A stretch of DNA of 52,193 nt from Fibrobacteria bacterium (GCA_039926685.1 JBDSWM010000403.1:1-52193); one strand, 5' to 3'; shown: positions 28,048 through 38,531, counted from the stretch's first letter. The notes: generated from the letters alone by a model not told the origin. Program-made: numbers and translations.

Positions 28048-28698
28048 CTAGAACTCCATCGAGGCGCCCAGCCCCCAATGCCAGAAATGGCCATCCTCAC
28101 CCGGGTCGGTGAGTATTCCTACCTCCGGCATCAAGGTGAATCCATCCTCGCCAGGCCGGATGCCCAAGCCTCCGCTGAATGCCAACAAAAAATGGTCGTC
28201 GGAATCGTTCAGGAAATAGAGGCCTGTGGTGGAAAAGTTGATATCCAGGAACCGGGCCGCGGGGAAGGTCAGGTACAGGGAGGGGTGGAGTTGCCAGCTT
28301 TCCCCTTCGTCCACATTTTCACCGAACATGAAGCCGATGGGCATGCCGATGGCCAGCTTGTCCTTGATTAGCCCGTACTTCAAAGCCACATCGAGGTAAT
28401 TGTATCCCATGTCATCGATCAAACTATAGTGGCCTTCCACCCTTTCGTAACGCGATTGCAGCTCCAGTCCGTTACCAAGGCCCACGCCGCCTTGCAACCC
28501 GAACTGGGAGGTCATCCATCTCGATTCGCCGTTATTGCTGAAAGTGACCACGGAGGCGGAGGGGCTGACGGAATACCGCCCCTCCTCCAAGGTTCTGGCT
28601 CCCTGGAACGCGGAGTATATGTAACACCCTTGCGTGCCCAAGGCCGAGATCGCCAGAGCGCAAGACATGCACAAGGTTTTCCAGTTAGATGCGTACAT
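28048..28698 (-). CDS. Hypothetical outer-membrane lipoprotein/beta-barrel-like protein
   Basis: TQGC lipobox-like motif, FQGARTL motif, amphipathic strands, C-terminal Phe. Confidence 0.6.
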   Translation of the reverse strand: MYASNWKTLCMSCALAISALGTQGCYIYSAFQGARTLEEGRYSVSPSASVVTFSNNGESRWMTSQFGLQGGVGLGNGLELQSRYERVEGHYSLIDDMGYNYLDVALKYGLIKDKLAIGMPIGFMFGENVDEGESWQLHPSLYLTFPAARFLDINFSTTGLYFLNDSDDHFLLAFSGGLGIRPGEDGFTLMPEVGILTDPGEDGHFWHWGLGASMEF

Positions 28699-28764
28699 GG
28701 GAAGTCCTTCCTGGATGCGGGGATTTCGGGCTGATATGGATTGTACCCCGCCGCATCTACATGG

Positions 28765-29565
28765 TCAATGCCATGCTGGGGACGAAACGCCTGCTCCCCG
28801 CTTGACGGATGCATGGCGCTCCCTCGCCATCACCCGCGCGATCCGGACCATATCCAGGCCCGCCCGGAGCATGTGCCAGGCGCTGAGCTTGGAACCGGGC
28901 TTGTGCCTCCATGCCCTCAAAGGCTCTTCCAGGATCCGGTCGGGAGCCAGGCGATTCCCTGATCCGTCCCCAACCAGGAGGCGGCCCAGCAACTCCACGT
29001 CGAAGGCCCAACTGGATAGGAAAGGCCGTTGCAGGGCCGACTCCAGGGCCGGCGTGCTCTTGAAAAGCTTGGCGCCGCATTGGGTGTCGTATACCGGCAG
29101 CTTGAGGGCCCAGGAGGCCGCCGACGCGAAAATACGGCCCAGGTAATGGCGCGCCGGTTGGCGCCGCACCTCCCTTCCGAGCAAGGAAACCCGGGCGCCC
29201 ATCAGCACCTCCATCCCGCTCGCATGGTAAAGCTCGATCAAGCGCTGCATCTCCGGCGTAGAGGTGGAAAGATCCGCGTCCATGTAGCCGACCACGGAGG
29301 CACCTCCAGCTAAAGCCGCCCTCAATCCCGTTCTTACCGCCTCGGCCTTGCCCTGATTGCGATCGAGAGCCACCAGGGAAATCCTTCCGGGCGAGCGGGA
29401 GCAAAGCCCAGCCAGGATCATCCGCGTATCATCCCTGGATCCATCGTCCACGAACAACAGCGCCGGCGCGCCTTCGCGGGAATCGGCGAAGGCGAGAAAA
29501 GCCTCGGCGTCCAGGCGGGACGCCTCGTTGTAGCAGGGCACCACCAAGGTGCAGCGGCCGTTCAT
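28765..29565 (-). CDS. GT2 glycosyltransferase (polyprenol-phosphate glycosyltransferase-like)
   Basis: VVPCYNE, FVDDGSRD, NQGKAEAVR, YMDADLST, YDTQCGAK, WAFDVE; ATGA overlap with the upstream methyltransferase. Confidence 0.92.
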   Translation of the reverse strand: MNGRCTLVVPCYNEASRLDAEAFLAFADSREGAPALLFVDDGSRDDTRMILAGLCSRSPGRISLVALDRNQGKAEAVRTGLRAALAGGASVVGYMDADLSTSTPEMQRLIELYHASGMEVLMGARVSLLGREVRRQPARHYLGRIFASAASWALKLPVYDTQCGAKLFKSTPALESALQRPFLSSWAFDVELLGRLLVGDGSGNRLAPDRILEEPLRAWRHKPGSKLSAWHMLRAGLDMVRIARVMARERHASVKRGAGVSSPAWH

Positions 29566-30344
29566 GGCTTGCGGCCCAAGGCCCATGCGCTTAAGCCCGG
29601 CAAGACCGTCCCCGATGCCGCCAGAGCCAGGGTCAGGCCATTATCCATCCGCAAGGCCAGGTCCACGCCCTGGGTCAGCCATCGGGAGCCGTTCCACGCC
29701 CCCGCATCCGTTTCCGCCTGCGCGGCCGCTTGTTCCGGAAGAGGGCGGGAATGGATGCCCTTCAGCTTCTCCCCCAGCTTCGCCAGCAAGCGGGGCAGTA
29801 TCAGGCTATGGAAAGCGCCACCGCGGGCTTCCAGGTTAAGACCGCTGCGGGAGAAAAGGGACGGCAGCTCGGAGAGTCGGTAGCGGCGATGATGCCCCAG
29901 CGCCACGTCATGCGCCGTGAACAGGGACATGAAGGCGGGAACGCTTACCAGCGCCCTGCCCCCGGGCTTCAAGGCGCCCTTCACCCATCCCGTCAGGGTG
30001 GCCGCGTCGTCCGGCACATGCTCGATCACGTCCAGCAACAGCAGGAGATCGAACGCGCCCCGGGGAGGCTCGGCGGTATAGGAGATGCCCGGGGACGCGA
30101 CGCTCCGCAATTGCGACAAGGCCGAAGGGGAATAGTTGGGATCGAAACAGACTATAGCGCTGTCGGGCGCCAGGCGGGGCAAAAGACGGGAAGCGAAAAA
30201 CCCGTCCCCGGCGCCGATATCCAGGATCCGGCAAGGGGCGGGTAGGGTGCGTCGGGCGGCGAGGAGTTCCCCGAACAAGCGGGCCCGCGCCCTTTCCCAG
30301 GGGTGGCGTTGCGCAAGGCCTTCCCTAACCTCGCGAAGATCCAT
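29562..30344 (-). CDS. Class I SAM-dependent methyltransferase
   Basis: RHPWE, ILDIGAGDG, LLDVIEHVPDD, HDVALGHHRRY. Confidence 0.9.
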   Translation of the reverse strand: MDLREVREGLAQRHPWERARARLFGELLAARRTLPAPCRILDIGAGDGFFASRLLPRLAPDSAIVCFDPNYSPSALSQLRSVASPGISYTAEPPRGAFDLLLLLDVIEHVPDDAATLTGWVKGALKPGGRALVSVPAFMSLFTAHDVALGHHRRYRLSELPSLFSRSGLNLEARGGAFHSLILPRLLAKLGEKLKGIHSRPLPEQAAAQAETDAGAWNGSRWLTQGVDLALRMDNGLTLALAASGTVLPGLSAWALGRKP

Positions 30345-30484
30345 CGTCCGTCTCCATTCGGGGCAATCCGAGAGCCGCGATCCAGGATCTTCCGGCGCGG
30401 GCCGGATGCCGGCATTGGCCGGCTATCAGGGAAAAGCCGGCGTGTGGGGAAAAAGTGTAGCAATTTCGGGGAATCGAATCCGCT

Positions 30485-31633
30485 TTAGCGGCGATGGATC
30501 TCGATGCGGTAAGCGCCTTCGGCCAATCCCGGGCTGGCCAGGCTGCCATCGGGCTGATCGATTTCCTGGCGCAAAAGCAGGGTCCCGTTGCTGGCGTACA
30601 CATTCAATGTCGACGGCAAAAGGGAAACGCCGTTCCAACGGATGATTCCGCTCTTGAGGCTTACGTTGCCGGGAATCTGCTGCGTCAGCCGTGCGCCTTT
30701 ATCCAGTGCCGTGGTCGCGGAACCGGGGCCGGGCGCGGGCCAGGTGAACGTCGTTTTGCCACCCACCTTCGATTTCGACATCAGCCAAGGCACCAGCAAG
30801 GGGCTTTCATAAGCCTCCAACCAACCGGAACCATGATCGCCGTTGACGATTTCCGAGTACAGGTACAATGAACCGCCGGCCACCGCTTTACGCAGCGAAT
30901 CCACGGATATGCCGGTGGGATTGGCCATATTGCGGCTGGAAACGAAACGTACGATGGGGATCTTGGCCGCTTCCACGGCCGTCACCAGCTGGCGATCCGG
31001 GGCCACGGGAACGGTTCCGTCGGCGTTGCCGTGCGAAATCCAGAAAGGCGTTTTGGTCATGACGTCTACAGTATTGAGTTTGTTTTCCCCCGCGCATGGG
31101 AAAGCGGCGGCGAATTTGTCCGGATAGCTCATCATGATGGCCTCGGTGCCGATGCCGCCCCAGGAAAGGCCTCCGACGTAAAGGCGGGTGGTGTCGATGG
31201 GGTAAATCTTGATCAGGGAATCGATGACCTTGATGGCCGCGACCGCGGGAAGGCCCGCAAACCCCTTTTGGGCGGCCGTCCCGGTATTGAAGTAACCCCA
31301 CTCATACGAGGAGCTGGGGCATTGAGGATACAGTACGAAAGCCTGGTACTTGGTCTTGACGCTGTCCAGCATCCATTGGCGGGCGATTTCGGATTGGTTC
31401 ACCTGGTTCTTGTTGTCGACGCCGCATTCCCCGATCCCGTGCAGGTTCATCACCAGCGGGTATCTCTTCTGGGTGGAGATGTTCTTGGGGACGTAAAGGC
31501 GGAAGAACATGTCCTTGCCGTCGGACATCTTGGTGCTGCTCGCTTGGCAGGAATCCGCCGGAGCGGCTTGGGAAGGCGCGATTGCGGCTCCGGCCAAAAA
31601 GGCCAGGGCCGCCAGGATACCATGACGGAACAT
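30485..31633 (-). CDS. Secreted alpha/beta-hydrolase esterase (COG4099-like) with sorting-like tail
   Basis: YPLVMNLHGIGE, YPQCP, DTTRLYVGGLSWGG, FWISHGNADGTVP, GDHGSGW. Confidence 0.85.
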   Translation of the reverse strand: MFRHGILAALAFLAGAAIAPSQAAPADSCQASSTKMSDGKDMFFRLYVPKNISTQKRYPLVMNLHGIGECGVDNKNQVNQSEIARQWMLDSVKTKYQAFVLYPQCPSSSYEWGYFNTGTAAQKGFAGLPAVAAIKVIDSLIKIYPIDTTRLYVGGLSWGGIGTEAIMMSYPDKFAAAFPCAGENKLNTVDVMTKTPFWISHGNADGTVPVAPDRQLVTAVEAAKIPIVRFVSSRNMANPTGISVDSLRKAVAGGSLYLYSEIVNGDHGSGWLEAYESPLLVPWLMSKSKVGGKTTFTWPAPGPGSATTALDKGARLTQQIPGNVSLKSGIIRWNGVSLLPSTLNVYASNGTLLLRQEIDQPDGSLASPGLAEGAYRIEIHRR

Positions 31634-31674
31634 ATAAACCCCTCTGAATGCTAATGACCTGACTGAATCCGTGC

Positions 31675-32889
31675 TTATTTCGGCAATACGTCCAGGCTCT
31701 TTGCCGATGCGGACGGAACCACCGGGACCCGGCCCAGGATGTCCACGACCGCCCCGCTCCCGATCGAGAATACGGGTACCGAGGCCGTCCCTTGCAGGTT
31801 ACCCGAGGCCCGGCGCATGGGCTGGATGGTGGGGAAATTGATTCCGGTCACGCCGCCCGGGCCCTTCGCCGCGAATTCCTTGCGCTTGGCGCTGATGGCC
31901 GGATCAGCAGCTGCCATCGCGGTGATAAGGGCCTGGATCATCTCCGTCTTGGGGGCGGGCGTGCTTCCGCTGTAGAGCAGGCAACCGCAATTGCTGCCGA
32001 TCCAGGAATTGGCGTCCGAGAGGCCCCAGGTCACGAAGGACACGCAATTGTAGTTCTCCAGGCAGGCGGTCAGGAGATTGGTCCAATCCGAGGCCTTGGC
32101 GTTGGTGATGTCGATTTCCGTAAGGGAAATCCGCAATCCCAGATCCCCGAAACGCTTGATGTTCGCCGAGATGTCGTCCTTCTTGAACCCGCTGCCCAGG
32201 TGGCATTGCAGGCCGATGCCGTCGACGGGCACCTTGTTGGTCTGCCACTTCTTCGCCAGGTTGAACATGGACGTCGACTTCCCGTTGACGCCGTCACCGC
32301 CGAAGTCGTTGTAGTACAGATAACCGTTGTTTCCAACGGCGCGCCGTGACATGGCGAACGCCGAGTCCAGATAATCGTCCCCGATGTTCGTCCGCCAAAA
32401 GTTGACTTCGAGGCTGGAGCCCGAGGTGATCTCGTTCAACACGTCCCATTCCAGGATCTTGGTCTTGAAATGCCCGCCCACGTTTTCGATGTGGTTCCGC
32501 ATGATCGTAAGCCCCGTGGTGCGATCATGGATCGCGTTTTTAGCCGGGCCGGCCTGATCGCGCCAAATGAAGTTATGGCCGCGCATCTTCATCCCGTTGG
32601 CGGCGGCGAAAGTGTAAACCGCGTCCCCGCCCGTATACTTGTAGGTTCCGATGGGGTTCTCGGTGCCCTCGAACTTCATTTCGTTCTCGCATACGACCAT
32701 GTTGAATTGCTGTTTGACGATGGTGGCGTAGGCGGAAGTGGCGTTGTTGACCTGGTTGCTGTTGGTCGCGATGCCGATGTTGAGGCCTACCGCGGCCGCG
32801 GCATCCTTCAAGGTGGTTGCCGTTTGCGCCGAAGCGATCGAGGCCGAGAGGGAAAGCGCCAGTAAAGCGGAGGTTGAACGGCGGGTCAT
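31675..32889 (-). CDS. GH10 endo-1,4-beta-xylanase, secreted
   Basis: ENEMK, RGHNFIW, WDVLNE, YYNDF, DGIGLQCH, LTEIDI, TWGLSD. Confidence 0.93.
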   Translation of the reverse strand: MTRRSTSALLALSLSASIASAQTATTLKDAAAAVGLNIGIATNSNQVNNATSAYATIVKQQFNMVVCENEMKFEGTENPIGTYKYTGGDAVYTFAAANGMKMRGHNFIWRDQAGPAKNAIHDRTTGLTIMRNHIENVGGHFKTKILEWDVLNEITSGSSLEVNFWRTNIGDDYLDSAFAMSRRAVGNNGYLYYNDFGGDGVNGKSTSMFNLAKKWQTNKVPVDGIGLQCHLGSGFKKDDISANIKRFGDLGLRISLTEIDITNAKASDWTNLLTACLENYNCVSFVTWGLSDANSWIGSNCGCLLYSGSTPAPKTEMIQALITAMAAADPAISAKRKEFAAKGPGGVTGINFPTIQPMRRASGNLQGTASVPVFSIGSGAVVDILGRVPVVPSASAKSLDVLPK

Positions 32890-33397
32890 AAATGCTCCAT
32901 GGATTAAGATCGGGCTCATGCCGGCCCATCATATCAATTGCAGAAAGGATGTTGGAAACCCTCTGCGCCATTTTAGGGCGGACCCATTTTTTCTGCTTCC
33001 CATGTTTTTCCCTGAGTGCCCCCAATTCCGATCCCGGTCCATAGCGTACAGTCCTAGGTCGAAATTATACAGATCCGGTTTTTCGATTTGACTTGTTGCG
33101 GGAATGTTGGAAATGTGGGGATGCCCGCATATCCCCATATGGCTGATTCGTCACCTGCCCCGGAACATTGACAGCGGCGTTGCCGCGCCGGCTCTTTTTC
33201 CTCGGCCCGGAATATGGCCTGCCGACCAAGGGATCCTCGAGTAGATTCAATCAAACCGATCCATACCGGCCCCCACCCGGGGCAGTCACGGATTATGGGC
33301 GGAAGAATTTTTTCCGGGCCCGGTCTGGGCGGAATAACCGGAGAATAAGGCCTTTACATCTAAGCCACATTGGCGTTTTTAGGAATACACTCGAAAT

Positions 33398-34156
33398 ATG
33401 GAAAAGTCTGTTTTGGCCGGCGGCTATTCCTTATTCCGGTATTTTTCCGACATGGCTTATTTCGCGAAGGATTTGGAAGGCCGCTTCATCGCGGCCAATT
33501 CCGAATTCATCGAGATGGCGGGCCTGAAGAAAGCCCCGGAAATCCTGGGCAAAACGGATTTCGATATCTGGCCGCGCTTCCTTGCGGAACTTTACGTCAA
33601 GGACGATACGCGCGTACTGGAAACGAGCGAGCCCACGGTCAACCGCATCGAATTGGTGCTATGCCGCGACCGTTCCTCCGATTGGTTCACCACCACCAAG
33701 GTTCCTCTCCTGGACGCATCGGGTTCGGTGATCGGCCTGGAAGGGGTTTGCCGCTATTTCAAGAAGGCGAACGCCCCGCTGAACCAGTTCATCAGCATGC
33801 CGGGCGTCATTGATTTCATCACCCAGAATTACCCCAACAAAATCGATATCCCGGCGCTGGCGGCGATGATATCCTTATCGGTCAAGCAATTCGAGAGGAA
33901 GTTCAAGCAGGAATACGGGGAAGTGCCCGTACGCTATATCCAGCGCATCCGGCTGGACGCGGCCCGGCAACTGCTGGCCATGTCGCGCCTGCCCATCGCG
34001 CAGATCAGCCGGGAAACCGGCTTTTACGATAGCAGCCATTTCGCGCACCAATTCCAGAAATACACCGGGCTATCCCCGACCGCCTTCCGGAACAAGCATT
34101 TGCAAACCCAAGCGCCCGTGCCCAAACCGGATCTTCAATCCGAGGTCACCCCGTAG
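33398..34156 (+). CDS. PAS-domain AraC family transcriptional regulator
   Basis: FAKDLEGRF..GKTDFD..DD (PAS_4-like); IRLDAARQLL..GFYDSSHFAHQFQKYTGLSP. Confidence 0.93.
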   Translation: MEKSVLAGGYSLFRYFSDMAYFAKDLEGRFIAANSEFIEMAGLKKAPEILGKTDFDIWPRFLAELYVKDDTRVLETSEPTVNRIELVLCRDRSSDWFTTTKVPLLDASGSVIGLEGVCRYFKKANAPLNQFISMPGVIDFITQNYPNKIDIPALAAMISLSVKQFERKFKQEYGEVPVRYIQRIRLDAARQLLAMSRLPIAQISRETGFYDSSHFAHQFQKYTGLSPTAFRNKHLQTQAPVPKPDLQSEVTP

Positions 34157-34964
34157 CGGTCAGGAACTCCAGCACCGCGGCCGAGAAGGCCGGCGGGTTT
34201 TCCAGGAAAGGCATGTGCGCGCAATTCTCCAACTCGAGAAAGCGCGCCGGGCCCGGCAAGGATGCCGCCAACCGGAGCGACTCCTCGCGCGGCGCATAGC
34301 CGTCCTCGCTTCCCCGCAATACCAGGCAGGGCAGTTCGGCATGGCGCACCAGGCTTTCCGCCGAGACCGCCATCAAGGATTCGATTTCCTCCAGGTAAAT
34401 CGATTGGGATTGGGATTCCCAGAGCCGGGCGAACAGGGCCGCGCATTCCGGGTTGCCGTTCAAGGAAGACCGCGAGAAGTTCCCCATCGCCACCTTCCAT
34501 CCCAGCCCGCCCATTCCCGACTTGAGGATAACCGCCCTTCTTTCGGTGAGGCGCTGCCGGATGGAATCGGTTATCTTCGGCATTCCGCCCACGAAAATGA
34601 ATGACCGCAATTTGGCGGGCACGGATGCGGCCAGTCGCAAAGCCAGAATGGTTCCCAAGGAATGCCCCAATATCGAGATCGGTTCCGCTTCATGCTCGAG
34701 GATATATGCGGCTAGAATTTCGGCGCACCGCTCCACGGAAAAAGCCTCTCCCTCCACCCGGTTCGCGCCGGTGCCGGGGAGGTCCAGCGCCACCACCCTG
34801 AAGCGGTCCTGCAGCCGGATAGACAATCCTTTGAACCACTCCGCGCAGCCGCCTATGCCGTGCAGGCAAAGCAAGGTATGGCCTTGGCCCGAGGCTTGCA
34901 GCACCAGGTTATCGGATCCCGAGGGCATGGATGGGGATACCAGAAGCGCCTCCTTGGCCGGCAC
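34146..34964 (-). CDS. Alpha/beta fold hydrolase
   Basis: LHGIGG, DLPGTG, GHSLG, GSED, AHMPFLE. Confidence 0.9.
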   Translation of the reverse strand: MPAKEALLVSPSMPSGSDNLVLQASGQGHTLLCLHGIGGCAEWFKGLSIRLQDRFRVVALDLPGTGANRVEGEAFSVERCAEILAAYILEHEAEPISILGHSLGTILALRLAASVPAKLRSFIFVGGMPKITDSIRQRLTERRAVILKSGMGGLGWKVAMGNFSRSSLNGNPECAALFARLWESQSQSIYLEEIESLMAVSAESLVRHAELPCLVLRGSEDGYAPREESLRLAASLPGPARFLELENCAHMPFLENPPAFSAAVLEFLTATG

Positions 34965-35236
34965 GGTTTGAGACGGAACTCAAATAGCAAAGGTTGACCG
35001 CACGGACAATCCAAGGTCGGGAAAATGACGGGGACCTGCCCCAAAGGTCGATTCCCGCCAAAAATTACCCCCCATCGTCCATTTTATACATTCGGCGATA
35101 CCTGCCTGGTCAAGCCTAGTCCGGGTCTTTAGGTTACGCAAACCGGGAGGTGGAAATTTGCTACTTACATATGGCCTGTAGAAGATAAGTTGCTTAAATC
35201 CAAGTCCGCTAATGGACCCATTCAATAGAGGGAAAA

Positions 35237-35812
35237 ATGCCTGGTAAAGTATTGATCATCGTCGGCGATGGAGGCGAAAGCTATGAAACCCTGTACGCGA
35301 ATCATCGCCTGAAAGAAGACGGTTTTACGCCCGTCGTGGCCGCTCCCTCCAAGCGGTCATTGCACCTCGTCATTCACGATTTCGAGCCGGGTTGGGATAC
35401 CTACGTGGAACGGATCGGTTACCGCATGGACGCGGATATCACCTTCGCGGAAGTCGATGTGCGCGACTATATGGCGGTGATCCTCATCGGAGGCCGCTCC
35501 CCGGAATACCTGCGCAATGATCCGAAAGTGATCTCCCTGGTGCGGGCTTTCGACGAAGCCGGAAAGGGCCTTTTCGCCCTTTGCCATGGAGTGCAAATCG
35601 TGGCTGCGGCCGGCTTGGCCAAGGGCCGGCGGGTCACTTGCTACGAGCATGTACGCTGGGAAGTGGTGGCCGGCGGAGGAAAGTACGAAGACAGCGAGAG
35701 CGTCCGTGACGGAAATCTCATCTCCGCCCGTACCTGGCAGGATCATCCCGGATTCTACCGCGAAGTCATGTCATGGCTACGTGAGCGATCCGGATCGGAA
35801 GCCCGCAAGTAA
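35237..35812 (+). CDS. DJ-1/PfpI family protein
   Basis: ESYE, HDFEPGWDTYVE, GGRSPEYLR, LCHG, DGNLISARTWQDH. Confidence 0.92.
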   Translation: MPGKVLIIVGDGGESYETLYANHRLKEDGFTPVVAAPSKRSLHLVIHDFEPGWDTYVERIGYRMDADITFAEVDVRDYMAVILIGGRSPEYLRNDPKVISLVRAFDEAGKGLFALCHGVQIVAAAGLAKGRRVTCYEHVRWEVVAGGGKYEDSESVRDGNLISARTWQDHPGFYREVMSWLRERSGSEARK

Positions 35813-35816
35813 TCCA

Positions 35817-35883
35817 GGGGGGATGGCCCCCCGTCATTTCCAATGAGAACGAATACCTAAGCGCTTCCCCCGCTAGGGGAAGC
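35817..35883. terminator. Two GC hairpins downstream of pfpI
   Basis: GGGGGG-atgg-CCCCCC (35817-32) and GCTTCCCC-cgcta-GGGGAAGC (35863-83). U-tracts are weak. Confidence 0.4.
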
Positions 35884-36000
35884 CTCCCGGTTGACGAAAA
35901 AAACACCTCTCCGCCGCGCCAGACCCGGCTCCAGACTATCTTTTCGGACCACGCCGCAGTAATCCCGCCGACGGCCGGGCGACGAGGCCATAATACCGCC

Positions 36001-36240
36001 ATGATGAAAAACGTCACCATCAAGGATATAGCGAAGCAGTTGCGGATTTCGGCCGCCACGGTATCGCGCGCCCTGCGGGATCATCCCAACATCAGCTCCG
36101 AGCGCAAGGAATCGGTTTGGGAGGTGGCTGTGCCGCACCCGCCTCATCATCCGGGAAAGCACGTAAAAAGGCGTTCCCGCTACTTGATCAGGATTCTTTT
36201 GATTCTCGCGTTCGAGGGTCCAGATACCCTGACGAAATAA
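36001..36240 (+). pseudogene. Truncated LacI regulator (HTH only)
   Basis: VTIKDIAKQLRISAATVSRAL..HPNIS..VWEVA, then no hinge or ligand-binding domain. The ORF runs into the convergent ThuA-like gene. Confidence 0.8.
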
Positions 36241-37223
36241 AACCCGGGCTGCAGGCCGCTCAAATCATAACTCCGATTGCCCTGGCCATTCTTGAAAAGA
36301 ATCACGGCTCCGTTCAGGTTCATGACCTTCACGGAATACGACTTCGCATAGCTTACGTCCAGATGATTCGCGGAAAATGTGATGACATCCCCATCCAATT
36401 TCGGCCTGCCTAGAACGGGAACCGCATCGTATTTCCCGTTCAAGTATTGCATCCAGGCCCAGGTGGCCTTCTTCAACCAGTCGCCTACGAAATCATTGGA
36501 TCCATGCCCCAGGCAGGTGTAGATATACTCGCCGCCTCCGGAAGGCCATTTCTTAAGCCAGGTGAATTCATGCACGCTCTCGCTATCGAGCGCCGATGTC
36601 GGCATTACGGTTTGCATGATGGTGACGCCTGGTTTCCCGCGGGGATACTTGTTTAACCCCCAGATTTCGGTATACGCGGAAATATTCGCCGTCCCCAGGC
36701 TGTTCTCCTCCCACATATTCTTGAGGGCTGGAACATTGCTCACTTCGGGATCCATATCCAGTGAGAACGTACCGTGACCATTGCTGACAAAATAAGAACC
36801 ATCGTGCAAGGAATCCGTCCACCATGGCCAATACCCCGAGTAAGGGTAGTTATGGATAGTCTCATGATAACCGATGGCCTTTCCGCCGTTCGCGAAATAG
36901 ATCTGAATGATGGCTTGGTCGGACTTATTAGGAAACGCATATTCTCCGCAATTCGCAAAAAGGACCACGTCCTGGTTCTTCATGTCGGCCAAGGCGGCTT
37001 GCTTCTGTGCGGCGGAATCCTTTGGTTGGGTGATGGTAAGCGTGAATTGATGTTCGGTACTCAAGGCATTCATCATGGCTACGAAAGCAGGAACCACCTC
37101 CGGATGCAGCATCTCGCTCCCCCCGTAATCGATGAAGAGCGTTACTTTTTTCACCTCTGCGGATACCAACCCGCTGCACAAAGTCAAAAATAACGCGGTT
37201 GCTACTTTGAACTTATGCTTCAT
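36180..37223 (-). CDS. Secreted ThuA-like (class I GATase-fold) protein with T9SS-like CTD, copy 1
   Basis: Signal peptide; DVVLFAN, GGKAIGYH, YIYTCLGH; CTD VMNLNG..LQPGFYFVRV..KRILIK. Confidence 0.75.
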   Translation of the reverse strand: MKHKFKVATALFLTLCSGLVSAEVKKVTLFIDYGGSEMLHPEVVPAFVAMMNALSTEHQFTLTITQPKDSAAQKQAALADMKNQDVVLFANCGEYAFPNKSDQAIIQIYFANGGKAIGYHETIHNYPYSGYWPWWTDSLHDGSYFVSNGHGTFSLDMDPEVSNVPALKNMWEENSLGTANISAYTEIWGLNKYPRGKPGVTIMQTVMPTSALDSESVHEFTWLKKWPSGGGEYIYTCLGHGSNDFVGDWLKKATWAWMQYLNGKYDAVPVLGRPKLDGDVITFSANHLDVSYAKSYSVKVMNLNGAVILFKNGQGNRSYDLSGLQPGFYFVRVSGPSNARIKRILIK

Positions 37224-37305
37224 CGCACCCTCCCAATTTTATGAACTGATTCGGGCGGAAAAGGGTTTCGTTTCCTCATGCCCCACTCCCCTTGGCTTCC
37301 TCTCG

Positions 37306-38334
37306 CTACTTTATCAGGATTCTTTTGACTCTCGCATTCGAGGGTCCTGATACCTTGGCGAAATAAAGCCCGGGCTTCAGGCCGCTAAAATCATAGCTAT
37401 GGTTGCCTTGGCCCTTTTTCGAAAGGATCACGGCTCCTTTCAGGTTCACGACCTGCACGGAATATGGCTTCGCGTAGCTTACCTCCAGATGATTCGCGGA
37501 AAAGACGAGGGCATTCCCATCCAATTTCGGCCTGCCTAGAGCGTCAGGCACCTCGTATTTCCCGTTCAAGTATTGCATCCAGGCCCAGGTGGCCTTCTTC
37601 AACCAGTCGCCCACAAAATCATTCTCTCCATGCCCCAGGCTGGTATAGATATACTCTCCGCCTCCGGAAGGCCATTGCTTAAGCCAGGTGGTTTCCTGCA
37701 CAGTCCGTGGCGGCGCTATGGTTTGCATGATGGTAATGCCTGGTTTCCCGCGGGGATACTTGTTTAAGTCCATAATTTCGGTCGACGCGGAAATATTCGC
37801 CGTCCCCAGACCGTTCTCATCCCACATTTTCTTGAGGGCTGGAACGTTGTTCACTTCGGGATCCATATTCAATGAGAACGTAGTGTTGGGATGGCCGACA
37901 AAATACGAACCATCGTGCAGGACATTCGTCCACCAAGGCCAATAGCCCCCGTGCCAGGCGTCGATGGTCGCGTGATAACCGATGGACTTTCCGCCGTTCG
38001 CGAAAAAGTCCTGGATGATGGCTTGGTCCGCCGCAGTAGTGAAAGCTTGATTCCCGATATTCGCGAAAAGCACCACGTCCTGATTTTTCATGTCGGCCAA
38101 TGCGGCTTGCTTCTGTGCGGTGGAATCCCTTTTTTTGGTGGTTGTAAGCGTAAATTGATGTTCGGCACTCAAGGCTTTCATCATAGCTACGAAAGCCGGA
38201 ACCGCCTCCTCATGCTCAATGGCGGTTCCATCCCCGTAATTGATGACGAGCATTACCTTTTTGACTTCTGCGGATACCCACCCGCTACACAAAGTCAAAA
38301 GGAACGCAGTTGCTAATTGGAACTTATGCTTCAT
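37306..38334 (-). CDS. Secreted ThuA-like protein with T9SS-like CTD, copy 2
   Basis: Close paralogue of copy 1; start MKHKF at 38334 by homology and RBS. Confidence 0.75.
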   Translation of the reverse strand: MKHKFQLATAFLLTLCSGWVSAEVKKVMLVINYGDGTAIEHEEAVPAFVAMMKALSAEHQFTLTTTKKRDSTAQKQAALADMKNQDVVLFANIGNQAFTTAADQAIIQDFFANGGKSIGYHATIDAWHGGYWPWWTNVLHDGSYFVGHPNTTFSLNMDPEVNNVPALKKMWDENGLGTANISASTEIMDLNKYPRGKPGITIMQTIAPPRTVQETTWLKQWPSGGGEYIYTSLGHGENDFVGDWLKKATWAWMQYLNGKYEVPDALGRPKLDGNALVFSANHLEVSYAKPYSVQVVNLKGAVILSKKGQGNHSYDFSGLKPGLYFAKVSGPSNARVKRILIK

Positions 38335-38471
38335 CGCACCCTCCCCATAGTATGAACTGATTCGGGCGGAAAAGAGAACGATACTTAAGGCGAATTCGCG
38401 GGTGCTGAAAAGAGAATCGAGAATCGGGCGGGGATCGCGGGGGAAGAGAAAATGTCGGTTTGAGGCGGGGA

Positions 38472-38520
38472 CAAGGGGGTTGGAAAGGGGTCTTCGTTTC
38501 CCCCTGCTCCAACCCCCTTG
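38472..38520. terminator. 13-bp perfect inverted repeat after ThuA copy 3
   Basis: CAAGGGGGTTGGA (38472-84) pairs with TCCAACCCCCTTG (38508-20). Confidence 0.55.
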
Positions 38521-38531
38521 GCTCCTTATCA

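Noticed and set aside
30440-30500. Frameshift truncating the esterase CTD (ends GAYRIEIHRR)
   Set aside because: The tail looks one strand short, but no downstream frame gives a convincing continuation.
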